DNA of 64,000 nt from assembly GCA_020438795.1 (NCBI GenBank), contig JAGQTY010000003.1, positions 103,913 through 167,912 of the forward strand. Direction: 5' to 3'. Shown here one piece after another: positions 56,631 to 64,000 of the stretch. The position numbers and the translations under genes were made by a program. Origin of the DNA: Actinomycetota bacterium (lineage in GTDB: Bacteria; Actinomycetota; Actinomycetes; S36-B12; GCA-2699445). Position 1 is the first letter of the stretch, and every line of letters starts with the position of its first letter. The notes below the pieces were generated by a model, which did not search any database, had not been told where the DNA came from, and saw nothing but the letters and a program-made list of their open reading frames with translations.

Positions 56631-56945
56631 TCACACGCAGCCGTGCGGCTTGGGCAGGCCGGCGATGTAGGACATCTTCTTGCCGGGCTTCTTGGGGAAG
56701 AGCTGGAACTGCTGCTTGGTGGGGAAGCCGCCGACCTTGTCCACTCGTCGCGTGGTCGCAGTCTCGCCCTTCTCCTTGTAGTCCTCGCGCAGGAACCGGA
56801 TGACGGCCCAATGGTCGTCGGTCATGTCGATCCCGATGTTCTGCGCCAGTTCCTGGCCGACGTCCTCGTTCCACTCGTCGTACTCGGTCAGGTAGCCCTC
56901 ATCATTGATGTGGATCTCCTGGCCGGCAATGGTTGCTACGGGCAT
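56631..56945 (-). CDS. TusE/DsrC/DsvC-family sulfur-relay protein (single C-terminal Cys)
   Basis: 104 aa. INDEGYL...EWNEDV...HWAVIRFLREDY and a C-terminus ...GLPKPHGCV, which has the penultimate Cys typical of the family. The second Cys found in DsrC proper is absent. Confidence 0.85.
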   Translation of the reverse strand: MPVATIAGQEIHINDEGYLTEYDEWNEDVGQELAQNIGIDMTDDHWAVIRFLREDYKEKGETATTRRVDKVGGFPTKQQFQLFPKKPGKKMSYIAGLPKPHGCV

Positions 56946-57664
56946 CAGAACTTCCTCTCCGGTGGTCGCGTTGGAGGACCGTCCTCCCCGACAGAGCTGA
57001 GCATGGCGAGCACACGAGCCAGTCCCCGACGTGTGCTGGGGGCACGGATGGACCGGAACAGTGCCAGCAGAGACGGCGGCTCCGCTGGGAAGTCCTCAGC
57101 ATCCTGGACCGAGATTGCGGTACGCCGCACCAGTCCCATGACCTCTGGCTGCGTCATCTCCTTGATCGCGTTCAGGATCGTGACGATGTTGTCCCCAAGT
57201 GCTTTGACGTCATCCTCGGTGAACTCGGTGACAACGCGATCCGCGACAAGGCCGCCCTGTCTGGCGAAGGCGAAGTAGCCGCGGGACTCCGCCTCGGTGA
57301 GCACCTCGGTGGCCTTGGCCATCGCCGGCGAGCCGAGAGCGGACACCTCCTGCGCGAGTTCGGTCAGAGCCTGCAACTGCACCAGCAGCGCCTCGAGCTG
57401 CGGCAGGCTACGGGCCAGCGTACGACCGAACCGTGCGGCGTCCGCTGCCGAGACATCCTGGCTCAGATCCTCGAGTTCGGCACTGGCCATATCCATGGCG
57501 CCGCGGGCCACCGGACTCATCGTGTCTGCGAGTTCACCCCAGGTCTCGCGCGCCTCGCGCTGCAACCGGAGTTCCTCGGCCATGGCCGCAACCTGCTCGG
57601 TCAGCGCATCCACCCGGGCAGCGAGTTCGCTGTTCCCGACGGCACTGGGCTCCTGCGCAGCCAT
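56945..57664 (-). CDS. DUF1641-like helical protein
   Basis: Ala/Glu/Leu-rich helical N-terminus with a conserved-looking C-terminal block (DNIVTILNAIKEMTQPEVMGLVRR). ATGA overlaps with both neighbours. It occupies the usual partner position next to an SQR-like flavoprotein. Confidence 0.6.
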   Translation of the reverse strand: MAAQEPSAVGNSELAARVDALTEQVAAMAEELRLQREARETWGELADTMSPVARGAMDMASAELEDLSQDVSAADAARFGRTLARSLPQLEALLVQLQALTELAQEVSALGSPAMAKATEVLTEAESRGYFAFARQGGLVADRVVTEFTEDDVKALGDNIVTILNAIKEMTQPEVMGLVRRTAISVQDAEDFPAEPPSLLALFRSIRAPSTRRGLARVLAMLSSVGEDGPPTRPPERKF

Positions 57665-58902
57665 CAGAGATCCTCTGTATCCTTGCCGGCCATGGACATC
57701 AGCGCGGGCAGCGGCAGGTCCTTGCCCGGCAGCAGGACATGCCAGTACATCCAGCGGAACATCAACTTGCCCCAGTGGTTGATCTCGCTCTCCCGCAGCA
57801 GTGAGAACGGTCCGATGCCGGGCAACGGATACTTGCCGGGCAGTGGCTGGGTGTCGTAGTTGAAGTCGATGAGCATCGCCTTGCCATGACCCGTCTCCAC
57901 GAAGCAGTTGGCGTGCCCGTCGAAGTGCTCGCGCATGGGCCGCCCAGCAATATGGTTCAGGAAGTTCGCACCGAACAGTTCCATCTCGAAGTGGGCCACC
58001 GACCCCGCCTTGGAAGTGGGGATATCGTTGGCGTCGCCGACGGCGAAGATATTGTCATGCGCCCGCGAGAGCATGGTCGCTGGGTCCACAGGGACGTAGT
58101 TGAGCTCATCACCGAGCCCGGAGCGCTCCACATAGTCCGCGCCCATGTTGAGAGGAACGGTCACCAGCAGGTCGAAGGGAATCTCCCGTTCGTCGTAGGA
58201 GACGATCCTGCCGTGCTCGGCGTCGACCGACTCGATCATGAAGTCGGCCTCAAGAGCGATGTTGCGGGAGTCCAGCATGTCGCCGAGGTGCTTGGAGGCC
58301 ACGGGCTTGGTGAATGCTCCGTCCAGCGGCGTCACATAGGTCAGCTCCACCTTGTCGCGGATTCCGGCCTCCTCGAAGTAGGCATCGGCCAGGAAGGCGA
58401 ACTCCAGCGGCGCAACCGGGCACTTGATGGGCATCTCGGTCACGTGGACAACCAGTCGGCCACCTTCCCAGTCGGCCAGCTTGTCTGCGAGCGCCTGGGA
58501 GCCTTCGAAGGTGTAGAACTCGTGGACACTCGAGCGCCAGCCCGACTCATCCATGCCCGGCGTCTGATCCGGTCGTGGAGTGGTGCCGGTGGCGATGATC
58601 AGGTAGTCGTAGGAGAGTTCCGTCCCGTCGGCCAGCGAGACGATATTCGCGTCCGCGTCCACGCGGTCGACATCACCGCTGATGAGTTCCACCCCCTCAG
58701 GGATGAACCTCTTGGTGGGCTTCACCAGATCCTCGGCTCGGTTGATCCCGAATGGCACGAACAGGTAGCCGGGCTGGTAGTGGTGAGTACCGCTCGGATC
58801 GACTATCGTGACCGACCACTCATCAGCGTCGAGCAGGGGTCTGAGCCGGTTCACCGCCATGGTTCCCGCAGTGCCTGCACCCAGGACCAGCAACTTCTTC
58901 AT
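57664..58902 (-). CDS. NAD(P)/FAD-dependent oxidoreductase, sulfide:quinone oxidoreductase-like
   Basis: Start MKKLLVLGAGTAGT (Rossmann GxGxxG). Also YDYLIIATGT, PIKCPVAPLEFAF and IFAVGDAN. Confidence 0.8.
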   Translation of the reverse strand: MKKLLVLGAGTAGTMAVNRLRPLLDADEWSVTIVDPSGTHHYQPGYLFVPFGINRAEDLVKPTKRFIPEGVELISGDVDRVDADANIVSLADGTELSYDYLIIATGTTPRPDQTPGMDESGWRSSVHEFYTFEGSQALADKLADWEGGRLVVHVTEMPIKCPVAPLEFAFLADAYFEEAGIRDKVELTYVTPLDGAFTKPVASKHLGDMLDSRNIALEADFMIESVDAEHGRIVSYDEREIPFDLLVTVPLNMGADYVERSGLGDELNYVPVDPATMLSRAHDNIFAVGDANDIPTSKAGSVAHFEMELFGANFLNHIAGRPMREHFDGHANCFVETGHGKAMLIDFNYDTQPLPGKYPLPGIGPFSLLRESEINHWGKLMFRWMYWHVLLPGKDLPLPALMSMAGKDTEDL

Positions 58903-58993
58903 GGCGCCCTCCGTTGAACTTCGGACTCCTTCCAGTCTGCCACTCAGGCAGAGAGGTCGCACACCGTACCCCGTGACCCATTCACCCGACCGG

Positions 58994-59464
58994 CTACAGG
59001 TCGAAGACAATCGTGACAGGTCCGGCATTCGTCGCGGTCACGGCCATATCAGCGCCGAAGACCCCCTCATGCACGGGCAGGTCCAGCTCGCGCAGCCGCT
59101 CGGCGACGCGTGCCACGATCGGACTGGCCTCCTGGCCCGGCATCGCCGCATGCCAGGACGGCCGACGACCCTTGCGCACATCGGCGAGCAAGGTGAACTG
59201 CGAGATGACCATGACCGGCAGCCCGAGATCCAGCGCGGACAGCTCCCGTGCACCGGCCGGGGGGCACAGACCGCGTTCGGCGCAGAGATCGGGGTCGAAG
59301 ACCCGCATGGCAGCAGCCTTCTCTGCAGCAGCATCTGCCAAGGGCAGCTCGTCGCCGAGCGCCGCACCCACCAGCAGGAGCAACCCGAGGCCGGAGAACC
59401 GCGCTGCCACGTGCTGGCCCACGCTCACCGAGCAGCCATCCACTCGCTGCAGGACCACTCTCAT
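58994..59464 (-). CDS. dtd: D-aminoacyl-tRNA deacylase
   Basis: Start MRVVLQRV. Also ISQFTLLAD, KGRRPS and the C-terminal NAGPVTIVFD motif. Confidence 0.9.
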   Translation of the reverse strand: MRVVLQRVDGCSVSVGQHVAARFSGLGLLLLVGAALGDELPLADAAAEKAAAMRVFDPDLCAERGLCPPAGARELSALDLGLPVMVISQFTLLADVRKGRRPSWHAAMPGQEASPIVARVAERLRELDLPVHEGVFGADMAVTATNAGPVTIVFDL

Positions 59465-59606
59465 CGACCACCTCCACGTCGGTGTCCGGGACGTCGGTCC
59501 CGATGCCGTGCGCCGTCTGGAGGAAGCTGTTGTCCGGTGCGGCCCACCCATGTAGGTTATGCCGCGTACCATCGACTTACCGAGTCTGCCGGGGAAGGAC
59601 AGCTAG

Positions 59607-60368
59607 ATGAATGACGGCTGGCCGTTCCCGTGGGGTGTGCAGCTTCCCACGATCGACCCGGGACTCTCGTTCTGGCCTGTTGCGGCCGTGCTGGTCCTGC
59701 TCCTGATGATCAACGTGGCAGCCAACAAGGCGCTGCCCAGTTACTACCTCTTCTGGACGCTGGGAGGTTCCCTGATCGTCCTGGTGATCGCGATCCTGGA
59801 TGGTGCCACGTGGGGGGAGCTCGGGCTGTCCCCGAGCACGTGGCTGGCCGGTTTCATCTGGGGCATGATCTCCATCCTGGTCATATTCACGATCTACGCC
59901 GTGGGATCCACGTGGCGCAAAACCCGGGACGCCTTCCACGACCAGAACATTGCGGGGCTCAGCCTGCCCAGACTGTTCTGGAACGCCCTGGTGGAACTGC
60001 CCTTCGGCACGGTGATCTTCGAGGAAGTCGCGTTCCGGGGTGCCCTGTGGGCGATGCTCGCCCGCCGCTACGGAGTGCTGTGGGCCACCATCATCAGCTC
60101 TTTGCTGTTCGGGCTCTGGCACATCCTGCCTTCGCTCGACCTGCACCAGCGCAACGAGCGGCTCGGCTCCATGGGCAACGGCGGCTTCCTGCCCCGCCTG
60201 ATCGCCATCGGCGGTTCGGTGCTCACGACCGCGATCGGTGGTCTGGTGTTCTCTCTGATGAGGATCGGCTCCGGCTCCCTGCTGGCGCCCATGGGATTCC
60301 ACTGGGCCACCAACGGCTGGGGATACCTGTTCGCCCGGCGGGTCGCACGCAAGAAACGGCTGGAATAG
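59607..60368 (+). CDS. CPBP-family intramembrane glutamic endopeptidase (CAAX protease-like)
   Basis: The EEVAFRGALW, FGLWH and FHWATN motifs in TM helices. Confidence 0.8.
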   Translation: MNDGWPFPWGVQLPTIDPGLSFWPVAAVLVLLLMINVAANKALPSYYLFWTLGGSLIVLVIAILDGATWGELGLSPSTWLAGFIWGMISILVIFTIYAVGSTWRKTRDAFHDQNIAGLSLPRLFWNALVELPFGTVIFEEVAFRGALWAMLARRYGVLWATIISSLLFGLWHILPSLDLHQRNERLGSMGNGGFLPRLIAIGGSVLTTAIGGLVFSLMRIGSGSLLAPMGFHWATNGWGYLFARRVARKKRLE

Positions 60369-60455
60369 CCACAAGTCGGTCTTTCCCGACCCCGACCCCT
60401 GACCTCCTCTGCTGATCGCGTCGCGGGACGACTGCGACGGCGGGAACATGGGCCT

Positions 60456-61280
60456 GTGACGGACGAGGCGGCGGCAGAGAGCAGACTGGACCGGTACCGT
60501 CGCAAGTCGACGATGCCGCTGCTCATCAACGGCCTGCTGTTCATGGCCACCCTGGTCGCCACGCTCATCGACCCCAATCAGGTGAGCACCTGGGCGTTCT
60601 GGGCCACCTGGTTCGTATTCCTCGTGGACTTCCTCATCGAAGTGGCACTCTCCCCCGTCAAATGGAAGTTCGTGGCCCGTCACCCCCTCACTTTGGTGTC
60701 GCTCTTCTTCCCTCCCCTGCGGGTCTGGCTCCTGGTCGGGCTGGCCTATCGCGCGTTCAAGATGAAGACCTCCAGCCTGCAGGGCAGGGTCGGCTATGCG
60801 GCCGTCTACCTGGTCGCCGTGACGATCGTGTTCGGGGCGCTGTTCGAGTACATGGCAGAGGCCGGTACTCCGGCCTCACACATCGACAGCTACGCGGACT
60901 CACTGTGGTGGACCTTTGTGAGCATCACCACCGTGGGCTATGGAGACATGGTCCCCGTGACGGCGATCGGGCGGCTCATCGCCGCAGGGATCATCGCAGT
61001 TGGCATCGCCACCCTGGGTGTCGTGACTGCCACCATCACCGGAACCTTCATCAAGTCGGACAGCTCGGGGCCGCCCAAGGAGCTCACGGACGCCGCAGAG
61101 AAGGTCCACACTCTGCTGAGCAAGCTGGATGACCTGGGCGAACGTCTCGCCCGCATCGAGAGCCATCAGACAACGGCAAGCCCCGGTCCGACCGCTGCAC
61201 CCAGCTCCACCGACACGACGGAGTCCACCACCTCGACGAAGAGCGCCGCAACGCCCGACGACGAACTCCCGGAGCATTGA
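60456..61280 (+). CDS. Potassium channel protein (pore-loop TVGYGD)
   Basis: Selectivity filter TTVGYGDMVP flanked by TM helices. Additional N-terminal TM helices and a C-terminal coiled segment. GTG start. Confidence 0.85.
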   Translation: MTDEAAAESRLDRYRRKSTMPLLINGLLFMATLVATLIDPNQVSTWAFWATWFVFLVDFLIEVALSPVKWKFVARHPLTLVSLFFPPLRVWLLVGLAYRAFKMKTSSLQGRVGYAAVYLVAVTIVFGALFEYMAEAGTPASHIDSYADSLWWTFVSITTVGYGDMVPVTAIGRLIAAGIIAVGIATLGVVTATITGTFIKSDSSGPPKELTDAAEKVHTLLSKLDDLGERLARIESHQTTASPGPTAAPSSTDTTESTTSTKSAATPDDELPEH

Positions 61281-61385
61281 GAGCAACGCCGCAGCTTCGG
61301 TATTCGACCCTGTCGGACGAATTTGGCACACTGGGATCAGGACACGGGGCCGCCGGCCCGGGGAAAGGTAGCTGCTGTGACTGCC

Positions 61386-61697
61386 ATGCCGACCACCACG
61401 CTTCCGACCGATACCAGGCCGACCAGCGCTGCAACCACGACTCATTCATCCACGGGCAGTCTGTCGCAGGATGACCGGGCGATCCTGGAGTTCGAGAGGG
61501 TCTGGTGGCGCTTCGGTGGCGCGAAGGAGGAGGCGATCCGCGAGAAGTTCTCGCTCTCAGCCACTCGCTATTATCAGCGCCTCAATACCCTGATCGACAG
61601 GCCTGAGGCGCTCGAGTCCGATCCGGTGCTGGTCCGGCGGCTGCAGCGTCTGCGGCAGTCACGCCAAGAAGCTCGCTCCGCCAAGCGCCTGTCCTGA
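61386..61697 (+). CDS. DUF3263-like small protein
   Basis: LSQDDRAILEFERVWWRFGGAKEEAIREKFSLSATRYYQRLNTLID is a conserved actinobacterial block. The start is uncertain (the ORF opens at 61323). Confidence 0.6.
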   Translation: MPTTTLPTDTRPTSAATTTHSSTGSLSQDDRAILEFERVWWRFGGAKEEAIREKFSLSATRYYQRLNTLIDRPEALESDPVLVRRLQRLRQSRQEARSAKRLS

Positions 61698-61896
61698 GGC
61701 CCGACCGGTCCGCACCGACGCGGCAGACCGGGGCATCACCAAGGTGCTGGTGGTACTCCGGCGGCCATGCCTCTAGCTGCGCCCCGCTTGCAATTGACGT
61801 ATGCTGGGGAAGAGTCAGGCCGGTACGGCCAAAGAGGATGCCTGCCCACCAGCAGCCCGTCCAAAGCACCCCAGCCACCTGACGCACAACTGAACA

Positions 61897-62011
61897 GTCT
61901 CATCCAGAGGGGCAGAGGGAAACGGCCCGAAGAAGCCCCGGCAACCATTCACGCATCTGCCACGCGTGAAGGAGGTGCCAACTCCGTCCCAGGTACTGGG
62001 AAAGATGAGGA
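61897..62011 (+). promoter_or_regulatory. SAM-I (S-box) riboswitch in the 5' leader of the ThrC-like gene
   Basis: CTCATCCAGAGGGGCAGAGGGAAACGGCCCGAAGAAGCCCCGGCAACC...TTCACGC/GCGTGAA (P3)...GGTGCCAACTCC...TCCC/GGGA (P4)...AAGATGAG. The P1 strands CTCATC/GATGAG and the core nucleotides match the S-box consensus. The AGGAG RBS at 62013-62017 directly abuts the 3' strand of P1. Confidence 0.85.
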
Positions 62012-62027
62012 TAGGAGCAACTCGTCA

Positions 62028-63311
62028 ATGACCACCACCATCGATCGATCCATCGACGCGTCCGTCACTGATTCCAGCCCCGACTTCGGTCACGCCACCC
62101 ACCTCACCTGTCGCGAGTGCGGCGCCGAATACGGCCTGGGCGCGGCCTACGCCTGTGTCGAGTGTTTCGGCCCGCTCGAGGTCGCCTACGACCTGAGCAC
62201 CGTCACCCGTGAGGAGATCGAAGCCGGTCCCCGCTCCATCTGGCGCTACAGCCCGTTGCTGCCCGTCGCCGCCTACGCCAAGGACGAACCCAACCTGGCC
62301 CCGGGCTTCACCAAACTCGTGCGTGCGGACAACCTTGCTGATCGACTTGGCATGAGCGCCCCGCTGTGGGTCAAGGACGACAGCGGCAATCCCACACACT
62401 CCTTCAAGGACCGGGTAGTGGCCGTGGCACAGTCTGCCGCTCGCCGCCTCGGGCTCTCAACGATCGCCTGCGCATCGACCGGTAACCTCGCCAACGCCGT
62501 TGCGGCGGCAGCAGCACGAGCGGGCATGGGTTCCGTCGTGGTGATTCCCGCCGATCTCGAGGCAGGCAAGACCATCACCACCGCGACATACGGCGGCACT
62601 CTGCTGGCCGTCGACGGCAACTACGACGACGTGAACCGGCTCTGCTCGGAACTCATCGGTGATCCCATCACGCAGACCTGGGGCTTCGTGAATGTCAACC
62701 TGCGCCCCTACTACGCCGAGGGCAGCAAGTCGATGGGCTACGAGATCGCTGAGCAGCTCGGCTGGCGGGTCCCGGAACAGGTCGTCATCCCGGTCGCCAG
62801 CGGCTCGCTGCTGACCAAGGTCGACAAAGCTTTCCGGGAGCTCACCAAGCTCGGCATCATCGCTGACGAGGAGTACGCCGTGTACGGGGCGCAGGCGACG
62901 GGCTGCTCACCTGTGGCACAGGCATTCAGCGAGGGCCAGGAAGTCGTGCGGCCGGTCAAGCCGGACACCATCGCAAAGAGTCTGGCGATCGGCAACCCGG
63001 CGGACGGCCCCTATGCTCTTGACGCGGTCCGGCGGACTGGTGGCGCCATCACCAGCATCCCCGACCCGGAGATCGTCTCCGGGATCCGGTTGCTGGCCGA
63101 GACCGAAGGCATCTTCGCCGAGACTGCCGGCGGAGTGACCCTCGGCAATTTCATCCGGCTGCTGGAATCAGGGCAGGCCAGCCGCGACAAGGAGACCGTG
63201 CTGGCGAACACCGGAGACGGACTCAAGACGCTCAACGCTGTCGAGGATGTGGTCGGGCCGACCGCCACGATCAGCCCCAGCGTGGCCGAGGTCAAAGCCG
63301 TCATCCACTGA
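62028..63311 (+). CDS. Threonine-synthase-family PLP enzyme with an N-terminal Cys4 zinc ribbon (MetM-like candidate)
   Basis: CRECGAEYGLGAAYACVECFGPLE, PLP-Lys motif NPTHSFKDRVV, STGNLANAVAA. Start at ATG 62028 (MTTTIDRS). The upstream part of the 514-aa ORF is the riboswitch. Confidence 0.85.
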   Translation: MTTTIDRSIDASVTDSSPDFGHATHLTCRECGAEYGLGAAYACVECFGPLEVAYDLSTVTREEIEAGPRSIWRYSPLLPVAAYAKDEPNLAPGFTKLVRADNLADRLGMSAPLWVKDDSGNPTHSFKDRVVAVAQSAARRLGLSTIACASTGNLANAVAAAAARAGMGSVVVIPADLEAGKTITTATYGGTLLAVDGNYDDVNRLCSELIGDPITQTWGFVNVNLRPYYAEGSKSMGYEIAEQLGWRVPEQVVIPVASGSLLTKVDKAFRELTKLGIIADEEYAVYGAQATGCSPVAQAFSEGQEVVRPVKPDTIAKSLAIGNPADGPYALDAVRRTGGAITSIPDPEIVSGIRLLAETEGIFAETAGGVTLGNFIRLLESGQASRDKETVLANTGDGLKTLNAVEDVVGPTATISPSVAEVKAVIH

Positions 63312-63369
63312 CCCCACCGCACGCGATACAGAACCCCAACGCCGAACCCAACCCCGACTGGAGAAGACC

Positions 63370-63645
63370 ATGGCGACCGTACGAATCCCAACGATCCTGC
63401 GCACCTACACCGACGATGCAGCCGAGGTGAGCATCGACGGCGGTGGCACCCTGCAGGAGGCTCTGGACGCTCTGGAAGCAGCCGCACCCGGCATCAGGAC
63501 CAGAATTCTCGACGACAACGGGCAACTGCGCCGGTTCGTCAATGTCTACGTCGACGACGAGGACGTGCGCTTCAGCGACGGCCTGAACACCCCTGTCGCC
63601 GAAACCTCATCCATCGCCGTGATCCCCGCCGTCGCGGGCGGCTGA
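63370..63645 (+). CDS. MoaD/ThiS/CysO-type sulfur-carrier protein (C-terminal Gly-Gly)
   Basis: 91 aa. MATVRIPTILR...FVNVYVDDEDVR...IAVIPAVAGG-stop, a beta-grasp carrier signature. Confidence 0.8.
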   Translation: MATVRIPTILRTYTDDAAEVSIDGGGTLQEALDALEAAAPGIRTRILDDNGQLRRFVNVYVDDEDVRFSDGLNTPVAETSSIAVIPAVAGG

Positions 63646-63667
63646 GCCCACCGGGACCTCACGCAGA

Positions 63668-63693
63668 CTCCCCGAGGTCGCAACCCCGGGGAG
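63668..63693. terminator. Hairpin between convergent genes (7 bp + mismatch + 3 bp, CGCA tetraloop)
   Basis: CTCCCCG-a-GGT-cgca-ACC-c-CGGGGAG, read directly. Confidence 0.4.
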
Positions 63694-63709
63694 TGGACGA
63701 GCAGGCTTC

Positions 63710-64000
63710 TCAGCCCACGCGCACCGGCAACGTGGTGACCTTGAGAGTGCCCTTGGTCTTCTTGCACTGACCGGTGCTGACCGGGCACACGCTCGTCTTA
63801 CCCGAGAGCCGGACCTTGGCCTTGCCCTTCTGGGTGAACATCACCTTGAAGCTCTTACCCTTCTTGAAGTTGCAGGTGACCAGCTTGCCCTTGGTGCTGC
63901 AGCTGTTGAACTTGCCACCCTTGGTCCAGGAGACCAGGTTGTTGTAGGCCTTCACGCCTGGCTGGCTGTCCTGATACATCTGGATGCCCGGGAAGAAGTT
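63710..64000 (-). CDS. Lys-rich, 4-Cys small secreted-type domain protein (partial; the 5' end lies beyond the window)
   Basis: The frame stays open to the window edge (...NFFPGIQMYQDSQPG...). Contains KFNSCSTKGKLVTCNFKKGKSFKVMF...SVCPVSTGQCKKTKGTLKV. No family recognised. Confidence 0.4.
   Translation of the reverse strand, partial: NFFPGIQMYQDSQPGVKAYNNLVSWTKGGKFNSCSTKGKLVTCNFKKGKSFKVMFTQKGKAKVRLSGKTSVCPVSTGQCKKTKGTLKVTTLPVRVG

Noticed and set aside
61767-62027. The 87-codon N-terminal extension of the threonine-synthase-like ORF (514 aa in the ORF track)
   Set aside because: This stretch folds as the SAM-I riboswitch. ATG 62028 has an AGGAG RBS at proper spacing, and family proteins begin near the zinc ribbon.

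Overview
High-GC (roughly 68-70%) Actinomycetota chromosome segment, placed there by the mycothiol gene mshA, carD and a PspC/LiaF-type envelope-stress module. No transposase, integrase, CRISPR array or rRNA was seen. Positions 1-15.5 kb are conserved housekeeping synteny: csp, gpmA, ybjN-like, mshA, phoU divergent from senX3/regX3 (PhoR/PhoP-type), carD, PIN/TRAM, ispD, ispF, cysS, rlmB, an orphan solute-binding lipoprotein and an SMP-30-like protein. After tRNA-Thr(UGU) at 15587-15659 the content becomes accessory. (i) 15.9-22.6 kb holds four secreted repeat proteins: a 7-blade Asp-box propeller, SGNH+FN3, FN3-FN3, and FG-GAP + pentapeptide repeats. Several share choice-of-anchor-D modules, Pro/Thr linkers and Lys/Arg-rich tails. 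(ii) 22.8-37.6 kb is a dense signalling/polysaccharide supercluster. It contains a REC - TM/HEAT-repeat - processive GT2 - Hpt operon, and a divergent REC + GAF-PAS-hybrid kinase with two receivers. It also contains an eight-gene, translationally coupled chemosensory operon (MCP-CheA-CheW-CheY-CheB-CheR-CheX-like) that ends in a REC-GGDEF diguanylate cyclase, which is Wsp-like logic. This supercluster is my best candidate for an undescribed system. Downstream features: a PspC-kinase/LuxR regulator/PspC-LiaF-like module; a 1584-aa secreted GH81 - 2xCBM - DUF1996 fusion with a perfect 18-bp hairpin inside its reading frame; a LAL-type LuxR regulator; a TDT transporter; a carotenoid oxygenase with an in-frame TGA; a hydrolase, an amidase and a methyltransferase; a 59-60-bp tandem repeat built from the 3' end of a dsrE-like gene; an SQR-like/DUF1641/TusE-DsrC/DsrE sulfur operon; dtd; a CPBP protease; and a K+ channel. 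The window ends with a SAM-I riboswitch in front of a zinc-ribbon ThrC homologue plus a MoaD/ThiS-type carrier, which looks like a MetM/MetO-like thiocarboxylate route to homocysteine. All calls rest on motif reading of the supplied ORF translations and on manual inspection of the DNA. No database search was run.
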